Assembly (NCBI GenBank): GCA_016190005.1
Contig: JACPRK010000146.1
Location: forward strand, 12,518-76,517
DNA from: Candidatus Wallbacteria bacterium
GTDB lineage: Bacteria > Muiribacteriota > UBA6191 > JACPRK01
DNA: 64,000 nt
Reading direction: 5' to 3'
Positions 18,867 through 28,703 of this stretch are shown here, piece after piece (positions within the stretch are counted from its first letter, which is position 1; each line of letters begins with the position of its first letter). The notes beneath the pieces were generated by a model. The model was given only the letters and a program-made list of their open reading frames with translations. It was not told the origin of the DNA and made no database searches. The position numbers and the translations under genes were made by a program.

Positions 18867-21800
18867 CTACTTGTACTCGTCCCACGCCCGCACCTTGAGC
18901 GCGGCGAGCGGGTATCGCGCGAGCGCCTGGGCGAAGAGCGCGGCGGTCTCGGCGTTGACTAGCAGCCCGACTCCTCGGTCCACGGCCTGGCGGCGGATCA
19001 AGTAGTCGTTGGTCAGCTCGTCGGGCTCGATCGACTTGGGGATGTTCAGCACGAGGTCGACGGCGCCGGAGGCGATCAGGTCGAGGGCGGTCGAGGGCGC
19101 GGCGTCGAGCGGCCAGGCGACGGGCTCGGCGTGGATGCCGGCTGCGGCCAGAAACGTGGCGGTGCCGCCGGTGGCGTAGAGCTTCAGCCCCAGCTCCGCG
19201 AAGCGCCGGACGGCGGGCAGGAGCTTCGTTTTCTCCTCGAGCGTTCCGGTCGAGAGCAGCACCCCCTTCTCGGGGATGCGATACCCGACCGACAGCAGCG
19301 ACTTGAGGAACGCCTCCAGAAGGTCGTCGCCGAAGCAGGCGACCTCGCCCGTGGAGGCCATCTCCATTCCGAGCACGGGGTCGGCCCCGGCGATGCGCGC
19401 AAACGAGAACTGAGGGGCCTTCACGCCGACGTAATCGAGCTCGAACATCGAACGGCTGAGGTCCTCGACCGGCGCTCCCATCATCGCCCGGGTCGTCAGG
19501 TCGGCGAAGTCCAGCCGCAGCACCTGGGAAGCGAACGGGAAGCTGCGAGAAGCCCGCAGGTTGCACTCGATCACGCGAATCCGGTTCTCGCGAGCCAGGA
19601 ACTGCAGGTTGAAGGGGCCGGTGATCCTCAAGCCCGCCGCGATCTGGCGCGTGATCCGCTTGATGCGCCGCACGGTTTCGACGAAGACCTGCTGCGCAGG
19701 GATGGCGATGACGGAGTCGCCCGAGTGCACGCCGGCGAACTCGACGTGCTCGGCCAGCGAGTAGGCGATGACCTCTCCTCCCCGCGCGACGGCGTCGACC
19801 TCGATCTCCTTGGCCCCTCCGACGAACTCGCTGACCACCACGGGGTGCTCAGGGCTCACCTTGGCCGCTCGCGCCAGGAAGGTCGTCAGGTCCTCGTCCC
19901 GGTACGCCGCGTTCATCGCCGCGCCAGAGAGCACGTAGCTGGGCCGCACCAGCACCGGGTAGCCGACCTCGCGCGCGAAGGCCAGCGCCTCATCGGGGCT
20001 GGCGGCCTCCCTCCATCTGGGCTGGTCCACGCCCAGCCGATCCAGCAGCGCCGAAAACTTGTGGCGATCCTCGGCTCGGTCGATCGCTTCCGGCGGCGTC
20101 CCCAGGATCGGCACGCCGGCGCGGGCCAGCGGCAGGGCGAGGTTGTTCGGCGTCTGACCGCCCATCGAGACGACCACGCCCAGGGGCGATTCCAGCTCGC
20201 AGATGTCGAGAAGCCGCTCTACCGAGAGCTCCTCGAAGTAGAGCCGGTCGGCGACGTCGTAGTCGGTGCTGACGGTCTCCGGGTTGTGGTTGACGATGGC
20301 TGTGCGATGGCCCAGGCGCGCCAGCGACTGGATGCAGCCGACGCAGCACCAGTCGAACTCGACGGACGAGCCGATGCGGTAGGCGCCGCTGCCCAGGACG
20401 ATGACCGTGCTTGCCGCGTCCTTGGCGCGCCGATCGAGCGCGTCGGAGCGGTCGCCGTGGTAGGTGAGGTAGAGGTAGTTGGTGCGCGCAGGGAACTCGC
20501 CGGCCGTCGTATCGATCTGCTTGACGACGGGCGTGATCGCGTCGGCCTTGCGCCGGGCCCGCACCTCTTCGGCGGGGCGCGGTGGTCGGACTGTGCGGCC
20601 GATGCCCGCGTCCGAGAAGCCTGCCCGCTTGGCCTCCCGAAGGAGTCCGGCGGGCAAGCCGTCGAGCGCGTGCTCACCGAGGAGTCGTTCGATGCGAACG
20701 ATGTTCTGAATCCTGTGGAGGAACCACGGGTCTATGCCGGTCAGCTCGCCGACCCGCTCGACGCTCCACCCGGCCTCGAGCGCTGCGGCCAGCATCAGGA
20801 GCCTGCGATCGGTCGGCTCCCGGAGCTCCACCTCCAGGTCGGAATCGCCCGCGTCGAAGCCCGTCAGCCCTTCGAGCCCGGGCGAGACCATCCGCACGGC
20901 CTTCTGGAGTGCCTCCTCGAAGCTGCGGCCGATGCCCATCACCTCGCCGACCGACTTCATCGCGGTGCCGAGGCGTCGCTCGGCGTGCCGGAACTTGCCC
21001 AGGTCCCACCGCGGGACCTTCACCACGACGTAGTCGAGCGCCGGCTCGAAACAGGCCGAGGTCGCGCCTGTGACCGGGTTCTTCACCTCGGAGAGCAGCT
21101 TGCCGATGGCCAGCTTGGCGGCGACGAAGGCCAGCGGGTAGCCGGTCGCCTTCGAGGCCAGGGCCGAGCTTCGCGAGAGTCGCGCGTTGACCTCGATGGC
21201 GACGTACTCGCCCGACTGGGGATCGACGGCGAACTGGATGTTGCATTCGCCCACGACGCCCAGGCTGCGAATGGTGCGCACGGCGGTGCGTCTGAGCTCG
21301 TGGTACTCGTCGTTGGAGAGCGTCTGGCTGGGCGCGACGACGATCGACTCGCCGGTGTGGATGCCGAGCGGGTCGAGGTTCTCCATGTTGCAGACGCTGA
21401 TGCAGTTGTCGGCGCGGTCGCGGAGGACCTCGTACTCGATCTCCTTCCAGCCGGCCAGCGCGCGCTCGATCAGCAGCTGCCCGCTCACCGCCAGGGCAGC
21501 CGCGGCCAGCTCGTCCAGGGCGCGTGCGTCCTTTGCCACGCCGCTGCCCAGGCCGCCCAGCGTGTAGGCCGCGCGCACCAGCACCGGGTAGCCGATGCGC
21601 TCGGCGGCCTCGCGCGCCTCGGCCCGCGTGCGGACCGCCTCGCTCTTCGGCATCGGGACTCCCAGCTCGGCCAGCCGCCTGGCGAAGAGCTCCCGGTCCT
21701 CGGTGGCTACCACCGTTTCGACCGGGGTGCCGAGGACCCGGCAGCCGTGGCGCTCGAGCAGCCCCTGTCGGTGGAGCTCCACGCCGCAGTTGAGCGCGGT

Positions 21801-22058
21801 CTGGCCGCCGAAGCCGAGCAGGATGCCGTCCGGCTTCTCGCGCGCGATCACCTCGCCCACGAAGTGCGGGGTCAGGGGCAGGAAGTAGACGCGGTCCGCG
21901 AGCCCCTCGGAGGTCTGGATGGTGGCGATGTTCGGATTGACGAGGACGACCCCGACGCCCTCTTCCTTGAGCGCCTTGATCGCCTGCGAGCCGGAGTAGT
22001 CGAACTCCCCGGCCTGGCCGATGGTGAGGCCGCCGGAGCCGAGCAAGAGGACTCGCAT
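18867..22058 (-). CDS. carB: Carbamoyl-phosphate synthase large subunit
   Basis: GQAGEFDYSG, GIHTGES, RSSALASKATGYP, NPETVSTDYD, RPSYVLSG, C-terminal MGS domain. Confidence 0.96.
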   Translation of the reverse strand: MRVLLLGSGGLTIGQAGEFDYSGSQAIKALKEEGVGVVLVNPNIATIQTSEGLADRVYFLPLTPHFVGEVIAREKPDGILLGFGGQTALNCGVELHRQGLLERHGCRVLGTPVETVVATEDRELFARRLAELGVPMPKSEAVRTRAEAREAAERIGYPVLVRAAYTLGGLGSGVAKDARALDELAAAALAVSGQLLIERALAGWKEIEYEVLRDRADNCISVCNMENLDPLGIHTGESIVVAPSQTLSNDEYHELRRTAVRTIRSLGVVGECNIQFAVDPQSGEYVAIEVNARLSRSSALASKATGYPLAFVAAKLAIGKLLSEVKNPVTGATSACFEPALDYVVVKVPRWDLGKFRHAERRLGTAMKSVGEVMGIGRSFEEALQKAVRMVSPGLEGLTGFDAGDSDLEVELREPTDRRLLMLAAALEAGWSVERVGELTGIDPWFLHRIQNIVRIERLLGEHALDGLPAGLLREAKRAGFSDAGIGRTVRPPRPAEEVRARRKADAITPVVKQIDTTAGEFPARTNYLYLTYHGDRSDALDRRAKDAASTVIVLGSGAYRIGSSVEFDWCCVGCIQSLARLGHRTAIVNHNPETVSTDYDVADRLYFEELSVERLLDICELESPLGVVVSMGGQTPNNLALPLARAGVPILGTPPEAIDRAEDRHKFSALLDRLGVDQPRWREAASPDEALAFAREVGYPVLVRPSYVLSGAAMNAAYRDEDLTTFLARAAKVSPEHPVVVSEFVGGAKEIEVDAVARGGEVIAYSLAEHVEFAGVHSGDSVIAIPAQQVFVETVRRIKRITRQIAAGLRITGPFNLQFLARENRIRVIECNLRASRSFPFASQVLRLDFADLTTRAMMGAPVEDLSRSMFELDYVGVKAPQFSFARIAGADPVLGMEMASTGEVACFGDDLLEAFLKSLLSVGYRIPEKGVLLSTGTLEEKTKLLPAVRRFAELGLKLYATGGTATFLAAAGIHAEPVAWPLDAAPSTALDLIASGAVDLVLNIPKSIEPDELTNDYLIRRQAVDRGVGLLVNAETAALFAQALARYPLAALKVRAWDEYK

Positions 22059-22074
22059 GGTCTGACGGCTCCTT

Positions 22075-23166
22075 TCAGTCGCGCCGGCCGCGCAGGTCGG
22101 CGAGGAGCTCGTCGAACAGGTACCCCGTGTCGACCGGGCCGCAGACGGCCTCCGGATGAAACTGGACGGCCCGGTGGGGCGTGCCGGCCAGGCGGATGCC
22201 TTCCACGGTGCCGTCGTTCCCGTTGGTGAACCAGACCTCCCAGCCTTCGGGGAGGCTGGCGGGATCGAGGGCGTAGCCGTGGTTCTGGCTCGTGATGGCC
22301 CAGCGGCCGGTGGCCGCTTCCAGCACCGGCTGGTTCTGGCCGCGGTGGCCGAACGGCAGCTTGAAGGTCCGCCCGCCGGCTGCGAGCCCCAGGAGCTGAC
22401 AGCCCAGGCAGATGCCGAAGATTGGCCGCGGGCCGCCCAGCAGGGCGCGGACGCCGCGCGCGGCCTCGGCGCACATCTCGGGGTCCCCCGGGCCGTTGGA
22501 GAGAACCAGCGCGTCGAAGTCGGCGCTCGATAGGTCCGAGTCCCACGGCAGCACCTGCACGGAGGCGCCGCGCCGCAGCAGGCAGCGGATGATGTTGTTC
22601 TTGACGCCGCAGTCGAGCAGCGCGATGCGGGGCCCGCCTGCGCCGTAGGTTCGGGGCTCCCGGGCGCTGACGAGGCGCACGACGTTTTCGCCGGCCGGGT
22701 CGTACCAGGCGGGCTCGGGCTCGCCGTCGACGACGATCTTGCCCGGGACGGTGCCGCGCTCGCGCAGGTGCAAGGCGAGAGCCCGCGTGTCGACGCCGAA
22801 GAGGCCGGGGATGCCCTCGCGCGAAAGCCACTCGCCGAGTGAGCGCTCGGCGTTCCAGTGGTGGTACTCGCCCTGGTAGCTGGAGACGACCAGCCCGCGG
22901 ACCTGGATGCGTTCGGATTCGAACCAACGCGGGATGCCGAACTCGTCTCGCTCGAAAGAGGGCACGCCGTAGTTGCCGACCAGCGGATAGGTCAACGCCA
23001 GGATCTGCCCGAAGTACGAAGGGTCCGTGATCGCCTCCGGATAGCCGACCATGCCGGTGTTGAAGACAACTTCGCCCGCAGCCGCGCGACTGGCGCCGAA
23101 AAGGGCGCCCTCGAAGACGGCTCCGTCGCGGAGCACCAGCCGGGCCTTGCGGGGCGGGACGTACAT
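22075..23166 (-). CDS. carA: Carbamoyl-phosphate synthase small (glutaminase) subunit
   Basis: GEVVFNTGMVGY, LSNGPGDP, GICLG, SQNHGY, QFHPE; start 23166 or 23199. Confidence 0.95.
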   Translation of the reverse strand: MYVPPRKARLVLRDGAVFEGALFGASRAAAGEVVFNTGMVGYPEAITDPSYFGQILALTYPLVGNYGVPSFERDEFGIPRWFESERIQVRGLVVSSYQGEYHHWNAERSLGEWLSREGIPGLFGVDTRALALHLRERGTVPGKIVVDGEPEPAWYDPAGENVVRLVSAREPRTYGAGGPRIALLDCGVKNNIIRCLLRRGASVQVLPWDSDLSSADFDALVLSNGPGDPEMCAEAARGVRALLGGPRPIFGICLGCQLLGLAAGGRTFKLPFGHRGQNQPVLEAATGRWAITSQNHGYALDPASLPEGWEVWFTNGNDGTVEGIRLAGTPHRAVQFHPEAVCGPVDTGYLFDELLADLRGRRD

Positions 23167-23198
23167 GCTGCCGACACCATACGGGCTTTTCGCCGCCA

Positions 23199-23227
23199 TT
23201 GACAGAAGCCGGCGGCCGGCCGACACT
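23199..23227 (+). promoter_or_regulatory. Possible sigma70 promoter for the 23277 gene
   Basis: TTGACA-N17-GACACT. Confidence 0.35.
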
Positions 23228-23276
23228 CGTGGGGTCCGGCGTGCGCCGGCGCTCTTCGTGACGGAGGTGTCTGCCC

Positions 23277-23879
23277 GTGAAGAAAGTCGCTTTGTTTGCC
23301 GTGATGACCTTGCTCCTCGGGACCGTGGGCGCTGTTCGGGCTCAGGACGAAGACGCCGTCGATGCCGACGAGGCGCCGCCCGTGCAGGAGACGCAGGCCG
23401 CGCCTGCCGCGCCTGCCGCGCCCGCACCCGAGCTGGCGCAGCTCGACCGCTGGACGGGCGAGTGGAGCTACACCTACGAGATGCCAAAGTCCAAGGCGAT
23501 GCCCGAAGGCGGCAAAGGCGTGGGGACCGTCAGCGTGAAGCGCGCGGCGGGCGGCCACTTCTTCGTTAGCGACTCCAGGAGCAACGGCTCGGGCGGCACC
23601 TCCGAGGACCACGCCGTGACCACGTACGACCGCGCCAGCCGCCAGTGGAAGAGCTGGTCCTTCGGCGGCGCAGATCCCGCCAACCCGATCGTCGCCGCCG
23701 GCGCCTTCCAGGGCGATTCGCTGGTGATGGAGACCACGCGCGGCGACGCCGCCGGCCCCGTGCGGCTGCGCGAGACCCAGAAGTTCGTCTCGCCCGACCG
23801 CATCGAGGGCAAGGTCGAGATTGAAGCCGTAGGCAAGTGGCACCTCCTCATGGGCGCGACGTATACGCGGGCGAAGTGA
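23277..23879 (+). CDS. Secreted DUF1579-like beta-barrel protein
   Basis: Signal peptide MKKVALF...VRA; PELAQLDRWTGEW; YD...WKSW; GGAGG RBS. Confidence 0.75.
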   Translation: MKKVALFAVMTLLLGTVGAVRAQDEDAVDADEAPPVQETQAAPAAPAAPAPELAQLDRWTGEWSYTYEMPKSKAMPEGGKGVGTVSVKRAAGGHFFVSDSRSNGSGGTSEDHAVTTYDRASRQWKSWSFGGADPANPIVAAGAFQGDSLVMETTRGDAAGPVRLRETQKFVSPDRIEGKVEIEAVGKWHLLMGATYTRAK

Positions 23880-23909
23880 GGCTCGAGGCTTGAGAAGTGA
23901 GGCTTGAGG
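23877..23909. repeat. 7-nt-period array (TGAGGCT type)
   Basis: tgaggct cgaggct tgagaag tgaggct tgagg. Confidence 0.55.
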
Positions 23910-24014
23910 GGTGACGGGGGCGGCGTGGCGAACCGCTCAACGACGGGCTTCTATCCTCGCGGAGTACACTTTCGTCTAAGTGAGTCGGGCCGCTCCAGGC
24001 GGCGGGAGGTCGGC

Positions 24015-27000
24015 ATGCCCGGAAAAACGGTGACGGCGATCGTGGCGGTTAGCGTTCTCCTGGCGTGTGGACCGGCGTCGGCGGGGGCGCGGCGGGACAA
24101 CACGGGGCAGGCGGGGACGCCCATCAGGGGGCCTGAGAGTTACTCGGAGTTTCCTCAGCCGGCACGCCAGGTCGACTGGCGATTCATGGCCTCGTTCGTC
24201 GATCGCGGCGTCGGCGACGATCGACACTCCCGCTATCTCGCCCAGCAGTTCCGGGCGCTCTTCCCGGGGACCGACCTGACCGAGATGTCGGGCAACGCGA
24301 CTCACTCGCTGTCGCGCCAGTGCGGCGGGCCGGCCATCCCCTGCGCCCAGATTGGCGCGCAGGAAGTGAATAACGAGTTCTACGTCGGCTACCTCCGGGC
24401 GCCGAACGGCACCAACGTCGACCTCACCGTCAGCAGCTCCGGCAACCCCGAGCCGCTGGCGACCTCCGGCGGCAGCTGCCGCAGCTGCAGCATGCGCACC
24501 GTCGGCGCGGTCCTCGCGCGCGTCACCAACGACAAGGACCCCGCCGCCCCGGTCGGGTTCCTCTACTTCCAGACCACCGGCGGGCGAGTTGTCTACCAGT
24601 CATTCTCCAGCAGCGTCACTCTCGCCGGGGGCGGCGCGGCTCCCTTTACCGGGCCGACCGAGTTCGACGAGGATGCCCCCCAGAGCTGGGAGGCCGATAC
24701 CGGCCTTCTGGAGCTGCCTTCCGGCGCCTACAACGTGCGCTACACCTACCGCTGGCGCGCCTCCGATGGCGCCACGGGCGATGCGAAGAGCTTCTCGCAC
24801 GCCTTCAAGACGCCCGGCGAAGCCACGCTCTCTCTGGAGATCGAGGCGACCTACACCGTCGACGTCGCCAAGACCGTCTGCGCCGTCAGCGGCAATCCCC
24901 CCACCGTCAACTGCGATACCCGCCAGGTCCCCGAAGTCCAGGGCCCCACCGGCGTCTCGGGCGGCCGAAGGCTGCGCGTGCGGGACGTCACGCCGCCCGA
25001 CCTCACGGTCACGCTGCCGCAAGGCCGCATCGAAGTGCGCGAGGACCCGAAGGACGCGCCGCCCAGGAAGAGCGCCCACCTCGGCACCACGGGCCGGTTC
25101 ACTCCGCAGTCGGATGCGCACGTCCCCTACGACCCCTTCGAGACGGGCCGATACCAGATCGAGAAGAACCGCCCTTTCGCCGTCGTCCTGGCCGCGCGCG
25201 ATAACTCCGGCACTTCCCAGGCCAGCTGGAAGCTCGAGCTGAGCGGCGGGGCCGAAGGTACCATCACCGAGTCCGGCGGGCGCATCGAGGAGCTCGAGGC
25301 CAACTACCCGGTCGGCGCGGTCGACTATCGCTTCACCGCCACGGCCACCGACGTCGCGAAGAATCAGACGATCGTCAACATGGACGTCGAGGTGCGCGAC
25401 GTCGACGCGCCGGAAATCCCGCTCGAGCTGGTGACGCCGCCTCGCTATGACGAGGACACTCTCTACGAGTTCCTGGTCGAGTCGGAGCTCTTCAAGGGGG
25501 AGCCGGGCGAGCCTCTTCCGGCCTCGATCGCCAGCATCGCCAAGGAGTTCACGAACCCGACCTGGGCGGGGCCGGCCGAGTTCGAGAAGGCGTTGGTGGC
25601 GGGCGAGGATCTGGGGCCCGCGCTTCAATCTGGCCGCCCGTTCACGGGCCGGCGGGCCGAGGTTCGCTCCGTGATTCGAAAGGCCGGCGAGGCACGCGTG
25701 AAGCTCTCGATGCGTCTGCTGGAACCGGGCAAGCAGCGGCTCGATCTCTGGGTGCGGCGCAAGTTCAACTACGAGCAGCGCATCGGCGCCAGCGGAAGCA
25801 TCAAGAAGACCCAGCTCTACGTGAAGGCGCGGGCCGCCTTCGAGCTCACGCCCCAGGACATCACTCCCCCGGCGCTGGTGCTCTCCCTGGTCCCCACCGA
25901 CACAGCGCTGCCGCGCGAGGGCGGCGCCCGGATTACGGCTGATGAAGCCCCATTGCACTGCGAGCCGCTTCCCGACAAGAAGCTCACGATCGTCATCTCC
26001 CAGGCGCCGGGCTTCTCCAGCGACCTCAAAACCTCCGCCGACTCCACCGACGGGCCTTTCCCCATGACGCGTGTCGCGGCCGGCAAGGGGTTCCGGTGGC
26101 TGGCCTGGATCGGGGGGCTGTCGCGCCCGCCGGCGCCGCTTGGGCCGGGCGGAGCGATCGTCGGCAGGGATTTCCACCTCCCGGAGCACGTGCCGCTGGC
26201 GCTGGGAGCCGGAGCGGCGGTGCTGGCGACCGATAACCTCACCAAGAACGTCGATCTCTCGGTGGAGCTCCAGGCCGGCGGCTCGGCAGCGACGCTGGGC
26301 TCCGTGGCTTCGGCCGGGTTCCCCGTGCCCAACTACCTTCCCCCGCGCACCGAGCGGGACGGTCGCTCCTTTGCCGCAGCGCTCGCCCCCGAGGCGCCCG
26401 GCTACGTGCTGGCCGTCACGGCCACCGACGAGGCGGGCAACCAGGCGCGACTGGATCTGCCAATTGCCGTGCTGGACGTGACGCCGCCCGACCTGGACGT
26501 CCATCTTCTCGGGCAGGACGCCAACGGCGAAGCTACCTTCAGCACCACGCAGGACCCGGCCGCCGCCATCGATCTCCGCAAGATTGCCTTTGTCGCAGGC
26601 GGCCACTACCTCGACCCGTCCGCGGCGACGCCGCCGTCATTCGCGTTCGAGACCTCCGTGCGGTATCCGGCCGAGGATCGGTTCTATCCCGCCGCGGGAC
26701 CGCGGGTGCCATGGACCTTCGGGCTCTACCGCGGCAGCAAGGACAACGACCCGGCGAACACGGACCCCGACTTCGGCGCCAGTGTGCCCGAGGGGCTCCG
26801 GGGCGCCTTCGTGCGGCAGAACGTGCGCATCGCCGTGAAGCTCTCGGCCAGCGACAACCTGCCCGGAGCCGCCAGCTCCAACCACCTGGGCTCTGGCGGA
26901 GTCGCCTGGTCGGTGGAGCAGAGCGATGGAACGACACCCTCGCAGGACGGCTCCGAGACCTTCCTGCTCCGCGCCGCCAACTTCCCGAAGGATCAGTTCC

Positions 27001-27143
27001 CCGGAGCGCCCGAGTACCGTTTCGTCGCGCGCGCGACCGACCTCGCCGGCAACAGCCTGGTCTTGAAGCTGCCCATCTGGGTCCTCGAGATGAACGCCGA
27101 GTACCAGCGCATCGACTGGGAGCAGAAGCGCGGCACGAACTGA
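24015..27143 (+). CDS. Large secreted protein with tandem Ig-like (DxTPP...ATDxAGN) modules
   Basis: Signal peptide; RDVTPPDL, RDVDAPEI, QDITPPAL, LDVTPPDL; ATDVAKN, ATDEAGN, ATDLAGN; GGAGG RBS. Confidence 0.8.
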   Translation: MPGKTVTAIVAVSVLLACGPASAGARRDNTGQAGTPIRGPESYSEFPQPARQVDWRFMASFVDRGVGDDRHSRYLAQQFRALFPGTDLTEMSGNATHSLSRQCGGPAIPCAQIGAQEVNNEFYVGYLRAPNGTNVDLTVSSSGNPEPLATSGGSCRSCSMRTVGAVLARVTNDKDPAAPVGFLYFQTTGGRVVYQSFSSSVTLAGGGAAPFTGPTEFDEDAPQSWEADTGLLELPSGAYNVRYTYRWRASDGATGDAKSFSHAFKTPGEATLSLEIEATYTVDVAKTVCAVSGNPPTVNCDTRQVPEVQGPTGVSGGRRLRVRDVTPPDLTVTLPQGRIEVREDPKDAPPRKSAHLGTTGRFTPQSDAHVPYDPFETGRYQIEKNRPFAVVLAARDNSGTSQASWKLELSGGAEGTITESGGRIEELEANYPVGAVDYRFTATATDVAKNQTIVNMDVEVRDVDAPEIPLELVTPPRYDEDTLYEFLVESELFKGEPGEPLPASIASIAKEFTNPTWAGPAEFEKALVAGEDLGPALQSGRPFTGRRAEVRSVIRKAGEARVKLSMRLLEPGKQRLDLWVRRKFNYEQRIGASGSIKKTQLYVKARAAFELTPQDITPPALVLSLVPTDTALPREGGARITADEAPLHCEPLPDKKLTIVISQAPGFSSDLKTSADSTDGPFPMTRVAAGKGFRWLAWIGGLSRPPAPLGPGGAIVGRDFHLPEHVPLALGAGAAVLATDNLTKNVDLSVELQAGGSAATLGSVASAGFPVPNYLPPRTERDGRSFAAALAPEAPGYVLAVTATDEAGNQARLDLPIAVLDVTPPDLDVHLLGQDANGEATFSTTQDPAAAIDLRKIAFVAGGHYLDPSAATPPSFAFETSVRYPAEDRFYPAAGPRVPWTFGLYRGSKDNDPANTDPDFGASVPEGLRGAFVRQNVRIAVKLSASDNLPGAASSNHLGSGGVAWSVEQSDGTTPSQDGSETFLLRAANFPKDQFPGAPEYRFVARATDLAGNSLVLKLPIWVLEMNAEYQRIDWEQKRGTN

Positions 27144-27223
27144 GGGAACGGTCGTGCGGCGGCGCTCACGCATGGATGGCTCTCCGGAGAGCCGCATGAG
27201 CATTAGCAGTACTGAGATCGTCG

Positions 27224-27275
27224 TGGGGGCTTCGCCCCCACACCCCCAGCAGGGGAGCTCGCTCCCCTGCACCCC
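27224..27275. repeat. Double-hairpin REP-like element
   Basis: TGGGGGC-TTC-GCCCCCA then CACCCC, and GCAGGGGAGC-TC-GCTCCCCTGC then ACCCC. Confidence 0.6.
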
Positions 27276-27349
27276 TGTTTTCTTGCGGTCTCTCGGCGCA
27301 TCGAAGCTCGCCGGACTCGGCGATGCCTGAGTTGCCGTTCGAGAGATCC

Positions 27350-27579
27350 ATCCATACCTCGGGCGAAGCCCTCAAACTCCGATGGGAGCTTCGTGCACAG
27401 CTCGTCGACCGTCATCGCCTGCTCCAGAAGCTCCCAGATGCGGCGGGCGCTTGTGCCGACGCCGAGACAGTTCCCCGGTTCAACGCTCGCGATCAGCCAC
27501 TCCCCGTCGAGCTCCGCCTCGAGCGCCGCGGGCTCGCGCTGGATCGGCGAGTCGAGTCTCGAGAAATCTCGGCTGACAT
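27350..27579 (-). pseudogene. PqqD-family / RiPP recognition element, frameshifted
   Basis: Manual translation SPIQREPAALEAELDGEWLIASVEPGNCLGVGTSARRIWELLEQAMTVDELCTKLPSEFE; the ATG at 27579 (GGAG upstream) is out of frame owing to a GACTC-GACTC duplication. Confidence 0.7.
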
Positions 27580-27664
27580 CACTTGCTCCAGTGAGTCAGA
27601 CGCCAAAGTCTCTCTCCAGGACATCGGCGAGGGCGTTCAGTTCCCAGCGCCCGCGGCACCGGGT

Positions 27665-28366
27665 CAACTGGTAGCCGAGCTGGCCTTGCGGGCCGGTCTT
27701 TCGACGAAGTCGGTGAACCGGATCGTCAAGGGAATCGAGCCGCTCTCGCAGCACACGGCCCTGCGTCTGGAGCGAGTCACGGGGGTGCCGGCACACTTCT
27801 GGAATGCGATGGAAGCCCGCTACCGCGAGCACTTGACGAGAAAGCAGCATCGCGAGGAGTTGAGGCCCGCCATCGGCTGGCTGAAGGAACTTCCAATCCG
27901 GGAGCTAGTCGGCAGGCAAGTCATTCCGGATTCTAAGGATAAACTGACTCTATTGGAGTCAGTCCTTCGGTTCTTCGGAGTGAATAGTCCTGACGAATGG
28001 CATAGGCTCTGGATGGAGCCGCAGGTGCCGTACCTCAGGTCCACCGTTTTCCAGTCCAAGCCGGGCTCGGTTGCGGCCTGGTTGCGCCTGGGTGAGCTCG
28101 AAGCCCGGCGAATCGCGACCGAGCCGTTCGATAGGGCTCGATTTCAAGAGGCTCTCGTCGAGATTCGCGGGTTGGCGTCCAGCCCCCCTCATCTGGCATT
28201 TTCCAAAATGAAGGAGATCTGCCGAACCAGCGGCGTCGCCTCCGTGGTCGTTCCGGAGGTCCGCGGCGCTCGCGTAGCCGGCGCCACCCGGTGGCTGGCT
28301 TCCGAAGAGGCGCTCATTCAAATCAGCCTACGCTTCGGTACCGACGACCTCTTCTGGTTCACCTTC
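27665..28366 (+). pseudogene. HigA-type HTH plus ImmA/IrrE peptidase fragment, truncated at both ends
   Basis: AELALRAGLSTKSVNRIVKG...ALRLERVTGVPAHFW; AAWLRLGE; GATRWL; ends at DLFWFTF, just before the expected HExxH. Confidence 0.75.
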
Positions 28367-28374
28367 ATAAACGA

Positions 28375-28530
28375 ATCCACGCGGGCCCAGCCTGAGCCCA
28401 CGATGCAGGGGTAGAGGCCGGCGACGAGCTTCAGGAGGCCGCGCGTAATCCTGCGCATCCGGCCTTCGTCCCGGTCCGGCACGATGGGGGCGAGCGTGCC
28501 ATCGAAATCGAAGGCGAGCAGAACGATAGA
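28375..28530 (-). pseudogene. Trehalose-6-phosphate phosphatase (OtsB-like HAD) N-terminal fragment
   Basis: LLAFDFDGTLAPIVPDRDEGRM...LYPCIVGSG; similarity then stops. Confidence 0.65.
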
Positions 28531-28703
28531 CCAGGCAAACTGACTTGGAAGTTTTCGATTGGTCGGCGCGAGATTCGGTTTCATCCCGTCAAAGGACAGC
28601 GCCTGAATACTTTGGGCAGCAACCTCCATGTGATAGCCTCGCACTCTGCTGGCGTCAGCACTCCAGTGAAGACCGGCAGAAGCGAGGAGATGTCTACGTG
28701 AAC

